Assembly (NCBI GenBank): GCA_040235515.1
Contig: JBECKX010000194.1
Coordinates: 1 to 13,964 of the forward strand
Length of the DNA stretch: 13,964 nucleotides
DNA from: Candidatus Zixiibacteriota bacterium
GTDB taxonomy: Bacteria > Zixibacteria > MSB-5A5 > CAIYYT01
Reading direction: 5' to 3'
Shown here: one piece after another, positions 1 to 8,239 of the stretch
Numbering within the stretch: the stretch's first letter is position 1
Layout of the letters: each line of letters starts with the position of its first letter
Program-made: the position numbers and the translations under genes
Notes under the pieces: model-generated
What the model was told of the DNA's origin: nothing
Databases searched by the model: none
Seen by the model: the letters and a program-made list of their open reading frames with translations, nothing else

Positions 1-579
1 CACCTCCACTACGAATTTCGCCGGTTCGGTGGAGGGATAGGAGGACTCATCGAACGGGACCGCATCCTTGCGAATCGTGACAATCCGCATATTGGAGTTC
101 ACAAACACGATATCGAGGGGGATCTGAGTGTTCTTCATCCAGAACGACTGTGGACGTTCGAAGGGAAAAATGAACAGCATTCCCTGGTCGTGTCCCAGCT
201 CCGGACGATACATCAAGCCCTGCGTGGTCTCCAGTTGCGATTGTGCGATTTCGATATCGATTGTGCTGATCTCGATACCGCTGGCGGTCAAGAAAGTCAA
301 CTCGCCCTCTTTTTGAAACGCAATATTGCCGGGGAGACTTATATCAACGGCAGTAGCGCTTTCTTGCCCGTTCTGCGATTGCCCGGCAGTCGGTTGTGAT
401 TTTGGACGCGATAACATGAAAGTAAGAACTACGATTAACACGACTCCCAGAATGGCCAGCGCGAAGCGGTTGCGCCGTTGGCGATCCAGCAGTGAGAGCT
501 TGGAAGTAGCTTTCTTCCTGTTCGACTTACCACCTGATTTTTGATCAGGGTTCTGATTTGTGTTCCGCTTAGTGGCCAC
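1..579 (-). CDS. DUF192 (UPF0127) family protein with N-terminal membrane anchor; 3' end runs off the window
   Basis: Hand translation of the minus strand from GTG at 579 (GAGGGAAAG upstream): basic N-terminus, hydrophobic FALAILGVVLIVVLTFML, then IDIEIA...QGLMYRPELGHDQGMLFIFPFERPQSFWMKNTQIPLDIVFVN...PAKFVVEV, the characteristic DUF192 motifs. Open to position 1. Confidence 0.92.
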   Translation of the reverse strand, partial: MATKRNTNQNPDQKSGGKSNRKKATSKLSLLDRQRRNRFALAILGVVLIVVLTFMLSRPKSQPTAGQSQNGQESATAVDISLPGNIAFQKEGELTFLTASGIEISTIDIEIAQSQLETTQGLMYRPELGHDQGMLFIFPFERPQSFWMKNTQIPLDIVFVNSNMRIVTIRKDAVPFDESSYPSTEPAKFVVEV

Positions 580-652
580 TCGATCTTTCCCTCAACTACC
601 ATAACTGTCGCCTGAATTTCATTCGCAAAGTTCTTACGAAACGGCGAGTGGA

Positions 653-661
653 ATTATAGCA
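653..661 (-). promoter_or_regulatory. Extended -10 promoter element (TGCTATAAT) for the DUF192 gene
   Basis: Plus-strand attatagca reads TG-C-TATAAT on the minus strand, about 75 nt upstream of the GTG start. The -35 position (TAGCCT) is poor. Confidence 0.6.
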
Positions 662-775
662 AACTTTTCTCCCGCAGGCTATTGCGAAGTTTTTGCCCCT
701 CCTGGGCTTATCGGAATTCCGACTAATTTCGGTAACGATGGAGACGCTGCTGAAACCAATCTATAGAAATGATTC

Positions 776-805
776 TTGACAAATTCGCTTAACACAGTTG
801 ATTTT
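776..805 (+). promoter_or_regulatory. Possible sigma70 promoter for the 929 gene
   Basis: Perfect TTGACA at 776-781, but only a weak -10 (TGATTT or GATTTT) 17-18 nt downstream. Confidence 0.4.
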
Positions 806-928
806 GGGGTGGATGGCAAGATCGGCGTGCCGTTCGCGCAGAGTGGGTTATGACAGATGTTATCAGAACCCCAAGCGATGCCGATACTAGATGTAATATG
901 GCTTGTTTTGGCGAGCGAGGTCTGACAG

Positions 929-1276
929 ATGAATTGCGACAGCGAATACAACTGTATAGCAGATTTTCCCATTGAAGAAGCGAGGGCGCTCCAGGTACAC
1001 AAATGGTACTTATCGGAGCAGGCCGGGTATGATGTCGGCGAGGCTGCCGCTATCCGGGACTGGCTCGAGCGATTCGCGATAAAGTGGCGACACAATCGTT
1101 TGGAACGCGAACTGAAACAACAGCGTCGCGAGATGGAGAAGCATCGCTGGATCGAATCGGAGAAAGCGCACTGCGACCTCGGGAGTGAGGCCTACCGCGA
1201 TTGGATCCTGCGCTATGCCGCCGCGTGGCGTGAATGGTATCGCAACAAAGAGAACGAAGGGGTGGCGGCGGAATAA
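929..1276 (+). CDS. Small protein with two tandem DUF4032-like HxWxxSExAxxDxG...DW motifs
   Basis: 115 aa, GAGG RBS at 917-920. Internal repeat HKWYLSEQAGYDVGEAAAIRDWLERFAIKWR / HRWIESEKAHCDLGSEAYRDWILRYAAAWR resembles the C-terminal motif of DUF4032 proteins (recalled, not searched). Confidence 0.8.
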   Translation: MNCDSEYNCIADFPIEEARALQVHKWYLSEQAGYDVGEAAAIRDWLERFAIKWRHNRLERELKQQRREMEKHRWIESEKAHCDLGSEAYRDWILRYAAAWREWYRNKENEGVAAE

Positions 1277-1390
1277 GGCCCCCTAGCCCCGCAAAATTCG
1301 ATCAAGTTTAAAACCGGCAAACTCTTATCCCGCCTCCGGGCGCTCGCTCATTCCCTCAGTTCGACTCCGTCAGGCGCTGCAACAAATCAC

Positions 1391-1933
1391 TTATTTTGTC
1401 ACGCGCTCGTAGTGAATCTCAAATCCGGTCATTTCTCCATTCTGATCACCCTCGACGATCGCAACGACCGAATCTGGGGTCAGCATCTTGTAGCTGATTC
1501 GCGTCGGAAAATCATGCTCCGGGTTTTCGAACACCGCCATATCGGTGGAAGCGGTTGACATCTTGAACGATGTCGGCTCAGGGTTGTGCGCCACATCAGC
1601 AATGTAGAAAGTACCGCTGTCGGTGGCTGCCAGTGTGAGCAACTCCGTGATCAGGGTATCATTTCCATCGAGGCGAAAACTCATGCCGGTGAAGAGCGCA
1701 TCGGCAGACTTCATCCACTGTTCATAGCTGGTAGTCTTGCCACCGCTCGACTTCCAGGTTCCCAGCATCCAATCAAGCCCGGCGAGCGTAGGCGCTTTCG
1801 CCGCAGATCCCTGCATTCCCTCATCCTGCATCTGCGATCCCTGCTCCGAGTCCTCACTCGAGCCGCCGCACGACAGCACCAGAATCATTAGTGGCAGCAG
1901 CACGACGATTACTGCAAAAAAGAGCCTCTTCAT
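1391..1933 (-). CDS. DUF6265-like lipoprotein
   Basis: GGGAGGT RBS. Signal peptide MKRLFFAVIVVLLPLMILVLS-C with lipobox-like Cys, a polar linker, then LDWMLGTW...YEQW...FENPEHDFPTRISY, typical of DUF6265. Confidence 0.8.
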   Translation of the reverse strand: MKRLFFAVIVVLLPLMILVLSCGGSSEDSEQGSQMQDEGMQGSAAKAPTLAGLDWMLGTWKSSGGKTTSYEQWMKSADALFTGMSFRLDGNDTLITELLTLAATDSGTFYIADVAHNPEPTSFKMSTASTDMAVFENPEHDFPTRISYKMLTPDSVVAIVEGDQNGEMTGFEIHYERVTK

Positions 1934-1989
1934 AATACCTCCCTGGTTTGGCCATTTCAGAGTCTCGTACGCAAACGTATCCGTCGAAT

Positions 1990-2018
1990 TTAATACGCTG
2001 CCTCATGGCGGGTGACAA
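1990..2018 (-). promoter_or_regulatory. Possible sigma70 promoter for the DUF6265-like gene
   Basis: Minus strand TTGTCA (2018-2013), 17 nt spacer, TATTAA (1995-1990), about 55 nt upstream of the ATG. Confidence 0.4.
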
Positions 2019-2153
2019 GGTCAAATCTCGGCACTGAATCGGTACCCGCGATTGTGTGTGGAGCGGCTGAGTAATCGGGAGGTGAATTGCCCTTGATGTA
2101 AAGATCCAGCAGACGCAATCATACGAAGATGCAGGATCAGCTAGCGGCTGCCA

Positions 2154-2927
2154 CTAGTAATGGTCTTCACCGAGGGATGCCGGTACCGGCACGTAGTCAA
2201 CAGGGAGCGCAAACCGGGCGGAGTCTTCCGGCCACTCTTCATATTGAAGCAACCACAACTCGGTTTCGTCACGCGGGTAGGGGGCATCTTCCAGCGCAGA
2301 GCGGAAGTACTTCACCACTCTCACCGGCATACCGACGACACCGCGAAGACTGCTGCTCCATGCATCTTCGCGCGGGATCGTGCCCCTGACCATGCTGAGG
2401 AGTTTTCCAATCTGGTAGAAGCCGGGAGGCATCGCGGGATTGGCCCATACTTCTGTGAAAGCTACCACTCCGCCTTGAGGCAGTTCACTGCGGAGTCGGT
2501 AGAGATTGCAGGAGTACCCGGCCACGGTGGCGCGCTTGCCGGTTGTATCGATACTGGTACCGACGTTGTCCAGCAGCAGTGAAAGTCCACGCCCGACATT
2601 CTTGCCACCGACTCCAAACATGGCTGAAGCTCCGGGAACCGCTCCGAGAATAGTGCGGTACTGCTTCGCAGAATGCAGCATCCAGATGAGCGAGTCGCCA
2701 TCACTGAAATAAATCAGTGAGATGCCGTCTGAGAGGTCAAGCCTGGCGATTGCTTCTCCCATCCAGATCTCGATCGTATCAGTGCCGGCATCGAAGGACT
2801 TATCAGGATATTCCACCGCGGGTGATCGCGACTCGAATGACACATGGGTTCCTCCTGCAGCCACTGCAAAGAAGGAGGCAAGAGTCAGTACCAGAACTAG
2901 CGGGATGAATCTTCTTGTTCTCTCCAT
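2154..2927 (-). CDS. Secreted protein, DUF4412-like
   Basis: 257 aa with a Sec signal peptide (MERTRRFIPLVLVLTLASFFAVAA). TGKRATVAGYSCNLY...EVWA...GMPVR...FALPVDY resembles the DUF4412/GLPGLI-type TG...IAGY.C motif. Purine-rich GGAAGGA upstream. Confidence 0.7.
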   Translation of the reverse strand: MERTRRFIPLVLVLTLASFFAVAAGGTHVSFESRSPAVEYPDKSFDAGTDTIEIWMGEAIARLDLSDGISLIYFSDGDSLIWMLHSAKQYRTILGAVPGASAMFGVGGKNVGRGLSLLLDNVGTSIDTTGKRATVAGYSCNLYRLRSELPQGGVVAFTEVWANPAMPPGFYQIGKLLSMVRGTIPREDAWSSSLRGVVGMPVRVVKYFRSALEDAPYPRDETELWLLQYEEWPEDSARFALPVDYVPVPASLGEDHY

Positions 2928-3045
2928 TCTCGATGTCTATCCTTCCTTCCATCCAAGCTCATTTATAATCATCGATCCACTCCGGGAGTTGTGGGCTTAC
3001 AACCAATGAGAACGATAACCGGACAAAGATAATCTAAGTTTGCTC

Positions 3046-3074
3046 TTGACAAATACAGGTTTTGCCGCGAAGTT
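3046..3074 (+). promoter_or_regulatory. Possible promoter for the 3357 gene
   Basis: Perfect TTGACA at 3046-3051 with a weak -10 (GAAGTT) at 17 nt. It would imply a leader of about 275 nt. Confidence 0.35.
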
Positions 3075-3356
3075 GCAAGAGTAGCCTCATAAGGCGTTAA
3101 GTCCAATAACCGAATACCAAATTTGCTCAAAATGATCCCAGGAGCGGGCGCTCTCCAGCTAGTTAGTTGGATGTGTGATGCCATTTCGTCATTCCGGTAT
3201 GTCAACCGCTATGCCGCAGGCTCCTGAGAGTTATACAACATTCTTCAGGGGGACGCTTCAGTAAACCAGTTTCGCAGTTTGCGAAAGCATCCGCCGCACC
3301 TCTTCTAAAGGCTGAAGTGATGAGATAGAAGCCTATTCACCTACAGGAGGTAAGTT

Positions 3357-5987
3357 ATGTTCAAACCCACAACCGGTCAATGGAGATGGAAACTCATCTT
3401 CGTTTGCGCCCTGGTCGCTCTCACGACTGTTGTGCTGCTGGCTCTACCGAATTCATTCGTCAATGTTGCGAGTGTGGCTGGAACCGAGCAGTTGAACGCG
3501 GATGTCGCGATTAGCGAGGTCACGCCTTTAGAGATTTACTCTATGTGGACAGAATTCGGTCCGGGCGGATTCCCGGCGTCGCTCAGCGGCATCGGAATCT
3601 CTCCGGATGGAGGAGTTACCTGGGGGGCGTTCCTCGATGTCCCTGCGGGGGGATTTGCTCTCAACTGGAACCCGTCGCTTGATGCACTCCCGGCTGCATC
3701 TGCTCCGGGTGGCGGATTCATTCGTGTCCATACCGAGTTCACACCGGCCTTGTACGCGGGTGCGAACGGTATCTCAATGAACGTCTCTCCCGGTGGCGGA
3801 GCACCCTTCGGAGCACCAATCGTGCTGATCGGAGTGGCGGGCCCTCCGCCGTTCTGGTATGACTACCCCAACATTACGGTGGACAATTATCCCTTGAATC
3901 CGTTCCCGGCGATTGGCACCGCACACATGGCATGGATCTGTTATGTGGAAGCTACCGGTGGAGATAGCAACGGCAACGGCAACCCGTTTGACGATCCGGG
4001 TGACGCCTATCAGGTGATCTACACCTACACTCATACCGTTCCGGGAAGCCCATTCCCGCTTTATCCCGCCTTTGCCCCACCGATTGTGCTGTTTGGTGGT
4101 CCACAGGTGGCGGTGAATCAAATGAACACCTACAGGCCCGATCTTGATGTGATGTCGGTTGGAAATCCGGCGGTAGGACCGGGCGGTGTTTACGTTGCCT
4201 GGACCGATGGCGCCACGGTATTCGTTGACGCATCGGTATTTCCCGGAGCAGGGTTTGGGGCATTGACCGGTGGCGTAGGCCCTGTGGCGGCTGTTCCGGT
4301 GACGGGAGCTCTGCCACCGTTGATCGCGCCGGGAATCAATGGCGCGAGTACGGCGGCGATTGCAGTAGACAATTCAGGCGGCCCGTGCGCAGGTTCTGTT
4401 TACATCGTCTGGGCGGATCTTTCCGCAGGCGATGCTGATATCTGGTTTTCCAGCAGCCCCACTGGTGTCGCAGGAAGCTGGACTCCGCCGGTCAGGGTGA
4501 ACCAGGATGCCGCCGGCAACGGGCTCGATCAGTGGAATCCTCAGATCGTGGTCGATAACAACAGCGGTGAGATCGTGGTCACATACTATGATCGCCGACG
4601 CGATCCGATTTCACCGAATACGAGAGTGGAGGTCTGGAGTTCGCGTTCGGTTGACTGCGGGGTAACCTGGACTGATTGCCTGATCTCCGACGCAGGACCG
4701 ACACTACCGATCGCTGCGATACCTGATCAATCAGCCAAGCCATACTTCAGTGACTACCTCGACATCGATTGGAACTCCTTCAACGCCATCTATGGCTACA
4801 CGTGGAATGACGGCAGAAATGGTGCTGACGAGGATATCTACTTCGAGACGGTGCCGAGCGTCTGCGGACCTGATTCGGACGGCGACGGTTTCATTGATCC
4901 GCTAGACAATTGCCCCTTCGTTTTCAACCCGGGTCAACTTGATTCTGATGGGGACGGTGTGGGTGATCTGTGTGACAACTGCCCGACAACCGTAAATGCA
5001 GCGCAAGCGGACCTGGACGGCGACGGAGTTGGCGATGCCTGTGATAACTGTCCGGCCAACATAAATCCTGGTCAGGCAGATTCTGACGGCGACTCTGTCG
5101 GGGATGCGTGCGACAATTGCTTTGCTGTCCCGAACACCCTGCAGGCCGACGGTGACTCCGATGGTGTAGGGAATCTCTGTGACAACTGTCCCTTCGTGCC
5201 GAATTCCGCACAGGCTGATGGGGATAGCGACGGATTTGGCGACCTCTGCGACAACTGTCCGACCACACCGAATCCCGGTCAATCAGATAGCGACAGCGAC
5301 GGCGTGGGGGATCCTTGCGACAATTGTCCGGCCAATGCAAACACGGCTCAAACCGATACCGACAGCGACAACATCGGCGATGTTTGCGACAACTGTCCGG
5401 CAAACTCGAATCCGGGTCAAGCGGACAGCGACTCCGACGGAGTAGGGGATGTTTGTGACAACTGCTTCAGCGTGCCGAACTCCCTGCAGACTGACGGAGA
5501 CCTTGATGGCGTAGGTGATCTTTGTGACAACTGCCCATTTGTAGCCAATTCGGCGCAGGCCGACGCTGACAGTGATGGAGTCGGCGACCTTTGCGACAAC
5601 TGTCCTTCCATGGTCAACCCGGGACAGGGCGATGGTGATGGTGATGGAGTGGGTGATGCCTGTGACAATTGCCCGACCGTTGCGAATCCGAGTCAGACAG
5701 ACACGAACGGCAACGGCATCGGCGACGCCTGCGAGGCGCCCTGCACCTGCATACCGGGGGATGCGGACGGCAACGGATCGATTTCGATCGGTGATGCGGT
5801 TTATGTCATCAACTTCATCTTTGGCGGTGGTCCGGCACCGGCACCGTTTGCGGTATGTTCGGGTGATGCAGACTGCAATTGCGCAATTTCGATCAGCGAT
5901 GCGGTTTACATCATCAACTTCATCTTTGGTGGTGGTCCCGCTCCCTGCGACTGTGCGACTTGGTCGGCAAGTTGCGGAACGCCGTAG
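3357..5987 (+). CDS. Secreted Asp-box/BNR (sialidase-like) beta-propeller protein with 12 thrombospondin type-3 repeats and a C-terminal dockerin-like domain
   Basis: AGGAGGT RBS at 3345-3351, N-terminal signal/anchor, Asp-box-like SPDGGVTW and SVDCGVTW, blade strands VYVAWTD / VYIVWAD / IVVTYYD / YTWND, 23-aa DNCP..N..Q.D.D.DGVGD.C repeats, and a duplicated GDAD....[18 protein letters not shown] tail. Confidence 0.9.
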   Translation: MFKPTTGQWRWKLIFVCALVALTTVVLLALPNSFVNVASVAGTEQLNADVAISEVTPLEIYSMWTEFGPGGFPASLSGIGISPDGGVTWGAFLDVPAGGFALNWNPSLDALPAASAPGGGFIRVHTEFTPALYAGANGISMNVSPGGGAPFGAPIVLIGVAGPPPFWYDYPNITVDNYPLNPFPAIGTAHMAWICYVEATGGDSNGNGNPFDDPGDAYQVIYTYTHTVPGSPFPLYPAFAPPIVLFGGPQVAVNQMNTYRPDLDVMSVGNPAVGPGGVYVAWTDGATVFVDASVFPGAGFGALTGGVGPVAAVPVTGALPPLIAPGINGASTAAIAVDNSGGPCAGSVYIVWADLSAGDADIWFSSSPTGVAGSWTPPVRVNQDAAGNGLDQWNPQIVVDNNSGEIVVTYYDRRRDPISPNTRVEVWSSRSVDCGVTWTDCLISDAGPTLPIAAIPDQSAKPYFSDYLDIDWNSFNAIYGYTWNDGRNGADEDIYFETVPSVCGPDSDGDGFIDPLDNCPFVFNPGQLDSDGDGVGDLCDNCPTTVNAAQADLDGDGVGDACDNCPANINPGQADSDGDSVGDACDNCFAVPNTLQADGDSDGVGNLCDNCPFVPNSAQADGDSDGFGDLCDNCPTTPNPGQSDSDSDGVGDPCDNCPANANTAQTDTDSDNIGDVCDNCPANSNPGQADSDSDGVGDVCDNCFSVPNSLQTDGDLDGVGDLCDNCPFVANSAQADADSDGVGDLCDNCPSMVNPGQGDGDGDGVGDACDNCPTVANPSQTDTNGNGIGDACEAPCTCIPGDADGNGSISIGDAVYVINFIFGGGPAPAPFAVCSGDADCNCAISISDAVYIINFIFGGGPAPCDCATWSASCGTP
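4905..5732 (+). repeat. 12 tandem 69-bp (23-aa) thrombospondin type-3 calcium-binding repeats, in coding sequence
   Basis: DNC codons recur at an exact 69-nt period from 4905 (for example 5043, 5388, 5664). Confidence 0.95.
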
Positions 5988-6023
5988 TTGATCGCCGGAA
6001 ACCAGCAATATCTATCAATGGAT

Positions 6024-6052
6024 CAGGCCGGGTGCAACACCCGGCCTGTTTC
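6024..6052 (+). terminator. Intrinsic terminator-like hairpin
   Basis: CAGGCCGGGTG-CAA-CACCCGGCCTG followed by TTTC, 36 nt after the stop codon. The U tract is short. Confidence 0.75.
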
Positions 6053-6082
6053 ATCCGATTAAATAGTCAACAGAATCGACGA

Positions 6083-6110
6083 TTGACAAGCGTCGCCGAC
6101 GGCCTATATT
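6083..6110 (+). promoter_or_regulatory. Sigma70-type promoter for the M6 protease gene
   Basis: TTGACA (6083-6088), 16 nt spacer, TATATT (6105-6110). Confidence 0.65.
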
Positions 6111-6177
6111 GCGAATAGGCATCTCACCACGCGCACTATACATCCACAACACCCATTACCTTACCTGGAGTCATGCT

Positions 6178-8184
6178 ATGACGCTTCGCCTAAGTTCTCT
6201 CGTCGCGGCGTTGGTGCTGTTGGTCGCATCGGGCAGCGCATTAGCCGTAGATTTGTCGAGCGGAGTGGTCCTTGATGTGCCCCGCGAAAAACTTGAGGAG
6301 CAGTTCGGACCACAGCCGCCCTCCCGCCTCTCCCAGGCTCAACTTGAAGCGATGGCATCGTTTCGATTCGACGGTGACACGCTCAAGGTACTGGCAATCC
6401 CGGTCGAATGGTCAAATCGGCTGCATACATATCCTGCCGCCAGTTTCGACAGCTTGCTCTTCTCCCGCAACGTACTGCCGGAGGGATCAGTCGCCGACTA
6501 CTTCTGGGAAACTTCCTACGGACAACTCACTGTCGTTGGCCAGGTACTCGACTGGCAAATGGCCGGGGCTTACACACCGGGGTTCGACTTTGAGGCTCTG
6601 CTGGACGACCTGGACGCCGTAGTGGATTTCTCGCAGTTCGACGGCAACTATGATGGCGACGTCGATGCTGTAGTATTCATTCGCTCTGGTACCGGCCAGG
6701 AAGATACCGGGAATACTATTGATATCTGGTCATATGCGTACGTGTATCCTCCCGGGTTCGGACCGGGACCATACGACGGCGTCCATGTCTCGCGCTGGAA
6801 CACTTCACCGGAGTTGTTCCCACTGCGAGACCCGCTGGTTCCGATCGTATTTTCCGGCCAGACCGACCTGAGCAGGATTCGAGTCTTCGCCCACGAGATG
6901 ACGCATTGTCTCGGGCTTCCCGACCTCTACGACTATGACGCAAAACTGGATCAGTCGACCTACACAACACCAAACGATGACAATGATCACCCGATGTACG
7001 ATTGGTGCCTGATGGGGTACGCCGGCTATGGACTCTTCTCGATCCGTTCGAACCCACCATCCCACCTGTGTGGCTGGAGCAAGCTTCAGTTGGGCTGGCT
7101 CGACCCGATCGTGCTGGAAGAGGGGACCTACAGCGATCTGGTCCTGTATGACGTTGAGACCCACACCGACAGCTCGCTTTACAAGATTCCGATCTCAACG
7201 GTCAATGGTGAGTATTTCTTGCTCGAGTATCGAAACCCGGGCTCAGCCGGAATGTTTGACAAAGTTGACTCAGACTTCAGCTGCTACTTCTTCCCGAATC
7301 TCTCCTACGGCGGCGATTCGCTGGATGGCGGACTGCTGATCACGCATGTCTACGATTCGCTGCCCGCCCCATACTTTGGAATCAATAATGGGACACCCTC
7401 CTACGCACATTATGCCGTTGCGGTGGAGGATGCCGGTTACAACCCGGGTTGGGATTTCACGAATAATCCGAATGGTAATGTGAGCGACAGCGCCGACTGG
7501 TGGTACCCCTACGAGACCAGGATTGGCGCACCCTTTCAGCCGGGTGTTGATGGACCGGGCCAGGCGCTGTTCAACAGTTCCACGGTGCCCAACAGCGATG
7601 GTTACGATTTCCCGACCGGCATTGAAGTTCGGGTCGATTCGATCGTTGGTGATAAGATCTATCTCTACGTAAACAATCCGGTGCAAGCTGATGCTGATGG
7701 CGATGGTGTGGCAGATGTCACGGATAATTGCCCGACCATTGCCAACCCGACTCAGGATAACAGTGATGGCGATCCGCTTGGCGATGCCTGCGACAACTGC
7801 CCGAACGTCGACAATCCGGGTCAGGAGGATGGTGACAGCGATGGCGTCGGTGATCTCTGTGACAATTGTCCCGACGACCCGAATCCTTTGCAGACCGATA
7901 GCGACGGTAATGGTGTCGGGGATGCGTGCGAGCCGCCTTGCCTCTGCCTCGTCGGGGATGCGGACGGTAGCGGAGCTATCAGTATCGCTGATGTGGTGTA
8001 TATCATCCAGCGTATCTTTGGTGGCGGCCCGGCTCCTACTCCGTATGAGGTTTGTTCCGGTGACGCAGATTGCAATTGTACACTCTCGATCGGTGATGCG
8101 GTTTATATCGTCGGCTATATCTTCGGTGGTGCAACGACTCCGTGCGAGTGTGGTATCTGGAAAAACTCCTGTGGGGAGCCGTAG
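6178..8184 (+). CDS. M6 family (immune inhibitor A-like) zinc metalloprotease with 3 TSP3 repeats and a C-terminal dockerin-like domain
   Basis: ATG 6178 has GGAG 7 nt upstream and begins a signal peptide ([23 protein letters not shown]). Motifs [42 protein letters not shown] (HExxHxxGxxD, from 6892), Met-turn [13 protein letters not shown] and EYFLLEYR. Confidence 0.93.
   Translation: MTLRLSSLVAALVLLVASGSALAVDLSSGVVLDVPREKLEEQFGPQPPSRLSQAQLEAMASFRFDGDTLKVLAIPVEWSNRLHTYPAASFDSLLFSRNVLPEGSVADYFWETSYGQLTVVGQVLDWQMAGAYTPGFDFEALLDDLDAVVDFSQFDGNYDGDVDAVVFIRSGTGQEDTGNTIDIWSYAYVYPPGFGPGPYDGVHVSRWNTSPELFPLRDPLVPIVFSGQTDLSRIRVFAHEMTHCLGLPDLYDYDAKLDQSTYTTPNDDNDHPMYDWCLMGYAGYGLFSIRSNPPSHLCGWSKLQLGWLDPIVLEEGTYSDLVLYDVETHTDSSLYKIPISTVNGEYFLLEYRNPGSAGMFDKVDSDFSCYFFPNLSYGGDSLDGGLLITHVYDSLPAPYFGINNGTPSYAHYAVAVEDAGYNPGWDFTNNPNGNVSDSADWWYPYETRIGAPFQPGVDGPGQALFNSSTVPNSDGYDFPTGIEVRVDSIVGDKIYLYVNNPVQADADGDGVADVTDNCPTIANPTQDNSDGDPLGDACDNCPNVDNPGQEDGDSDGVGDLCDNCPDDPNPLQTDSDGNGVGDACEPPCLCLVGDADGSGAISIADVVYIIQRIFGGGPAPTPYEVCSGDADCNCTLSIGDAVYIVGYIFGGATTPCECGIWKNSCGEP
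7723..7929 (+). repeat. 3 tandem 69-bp thrombospondin type-3 repeats, in coding sequence
   Basis: [11 protein letters not shown]..., [11 protein letters not shown]..., [11 protein letters not shown]... at a 23-aa period. Confidence 0.92.
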
Positions 8185-8239
8185 AGCAGTTCTTGATTTG
8201 ATGATTCTTCTATTCTCATGAGTTGAGTGATTCGACACC

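Noticed and set aside
128..544. Three short plus-strand ORFs (128-316, 190-399, 326-544)
   Set aside because: Antisense shadows of the DUF192 gene, which has clear family motifs on the minus strand.
815..860. CCGTTC-GCGCA-GAGTGGG resembles P2 of the c-di-GMP-I riboswitch
   Set aside because: Lacks the adjacent GCAAAC, the GGACGCAAAGC junction, a GNRA tetraloop and the P3 receptor.
851..925. In-frame TGA codons as selenocysteine read-through extending the 929 gene
   Set aside because: No recognisable SECIS or redox motif, and ATG 929 has its own RBS.
679..1095. 138-aa minus-strand ORF
   Set aside because: Overlaps the better-supported 929-1276 gene and its promoter region; no recognisable motifs.
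1357..1378. GTTCGACTCC as a tRNA T-loop or att-site remnant, or a degenerate REP-like element (TTCGACTCCG-TCAGG)
   Set aside because: No paired T-stem or cloverleaf, single copy, no integrase or transposase nearby.
2969..3205. 78-aa minus-strand ORF in the divergent intergenic region
   Set aside because: No RBS or motif, non-ATG start, and it overlaps promoter and leader elements.
3240..3331. Ends (ATTCTTCAGGGG ... GATGAGATAGAAG) resemble the termini of an FMN riboswitch
   Set aside because: Interior is too short and lacks the conserved GGTGAAATTCC T-loop motifs. SAM-I, TPP and cobalamin signatures are also absent.
4905..5732. Regular 69-bp periodicity as a CRISPR array or DGR repeat
   Set aside because: Units are in-frame protein repeats with synonymous divergence. 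There is no invariant repeat-spacer structure, no adenine-specific variation, and no cas or reverse transcriptase gene.
6109..6177. ORF-track start of the M6 gene at 6109
   Set aside because: Overlaps the -10 box. ATG 6178 has an RBS and begins the signal peptide.
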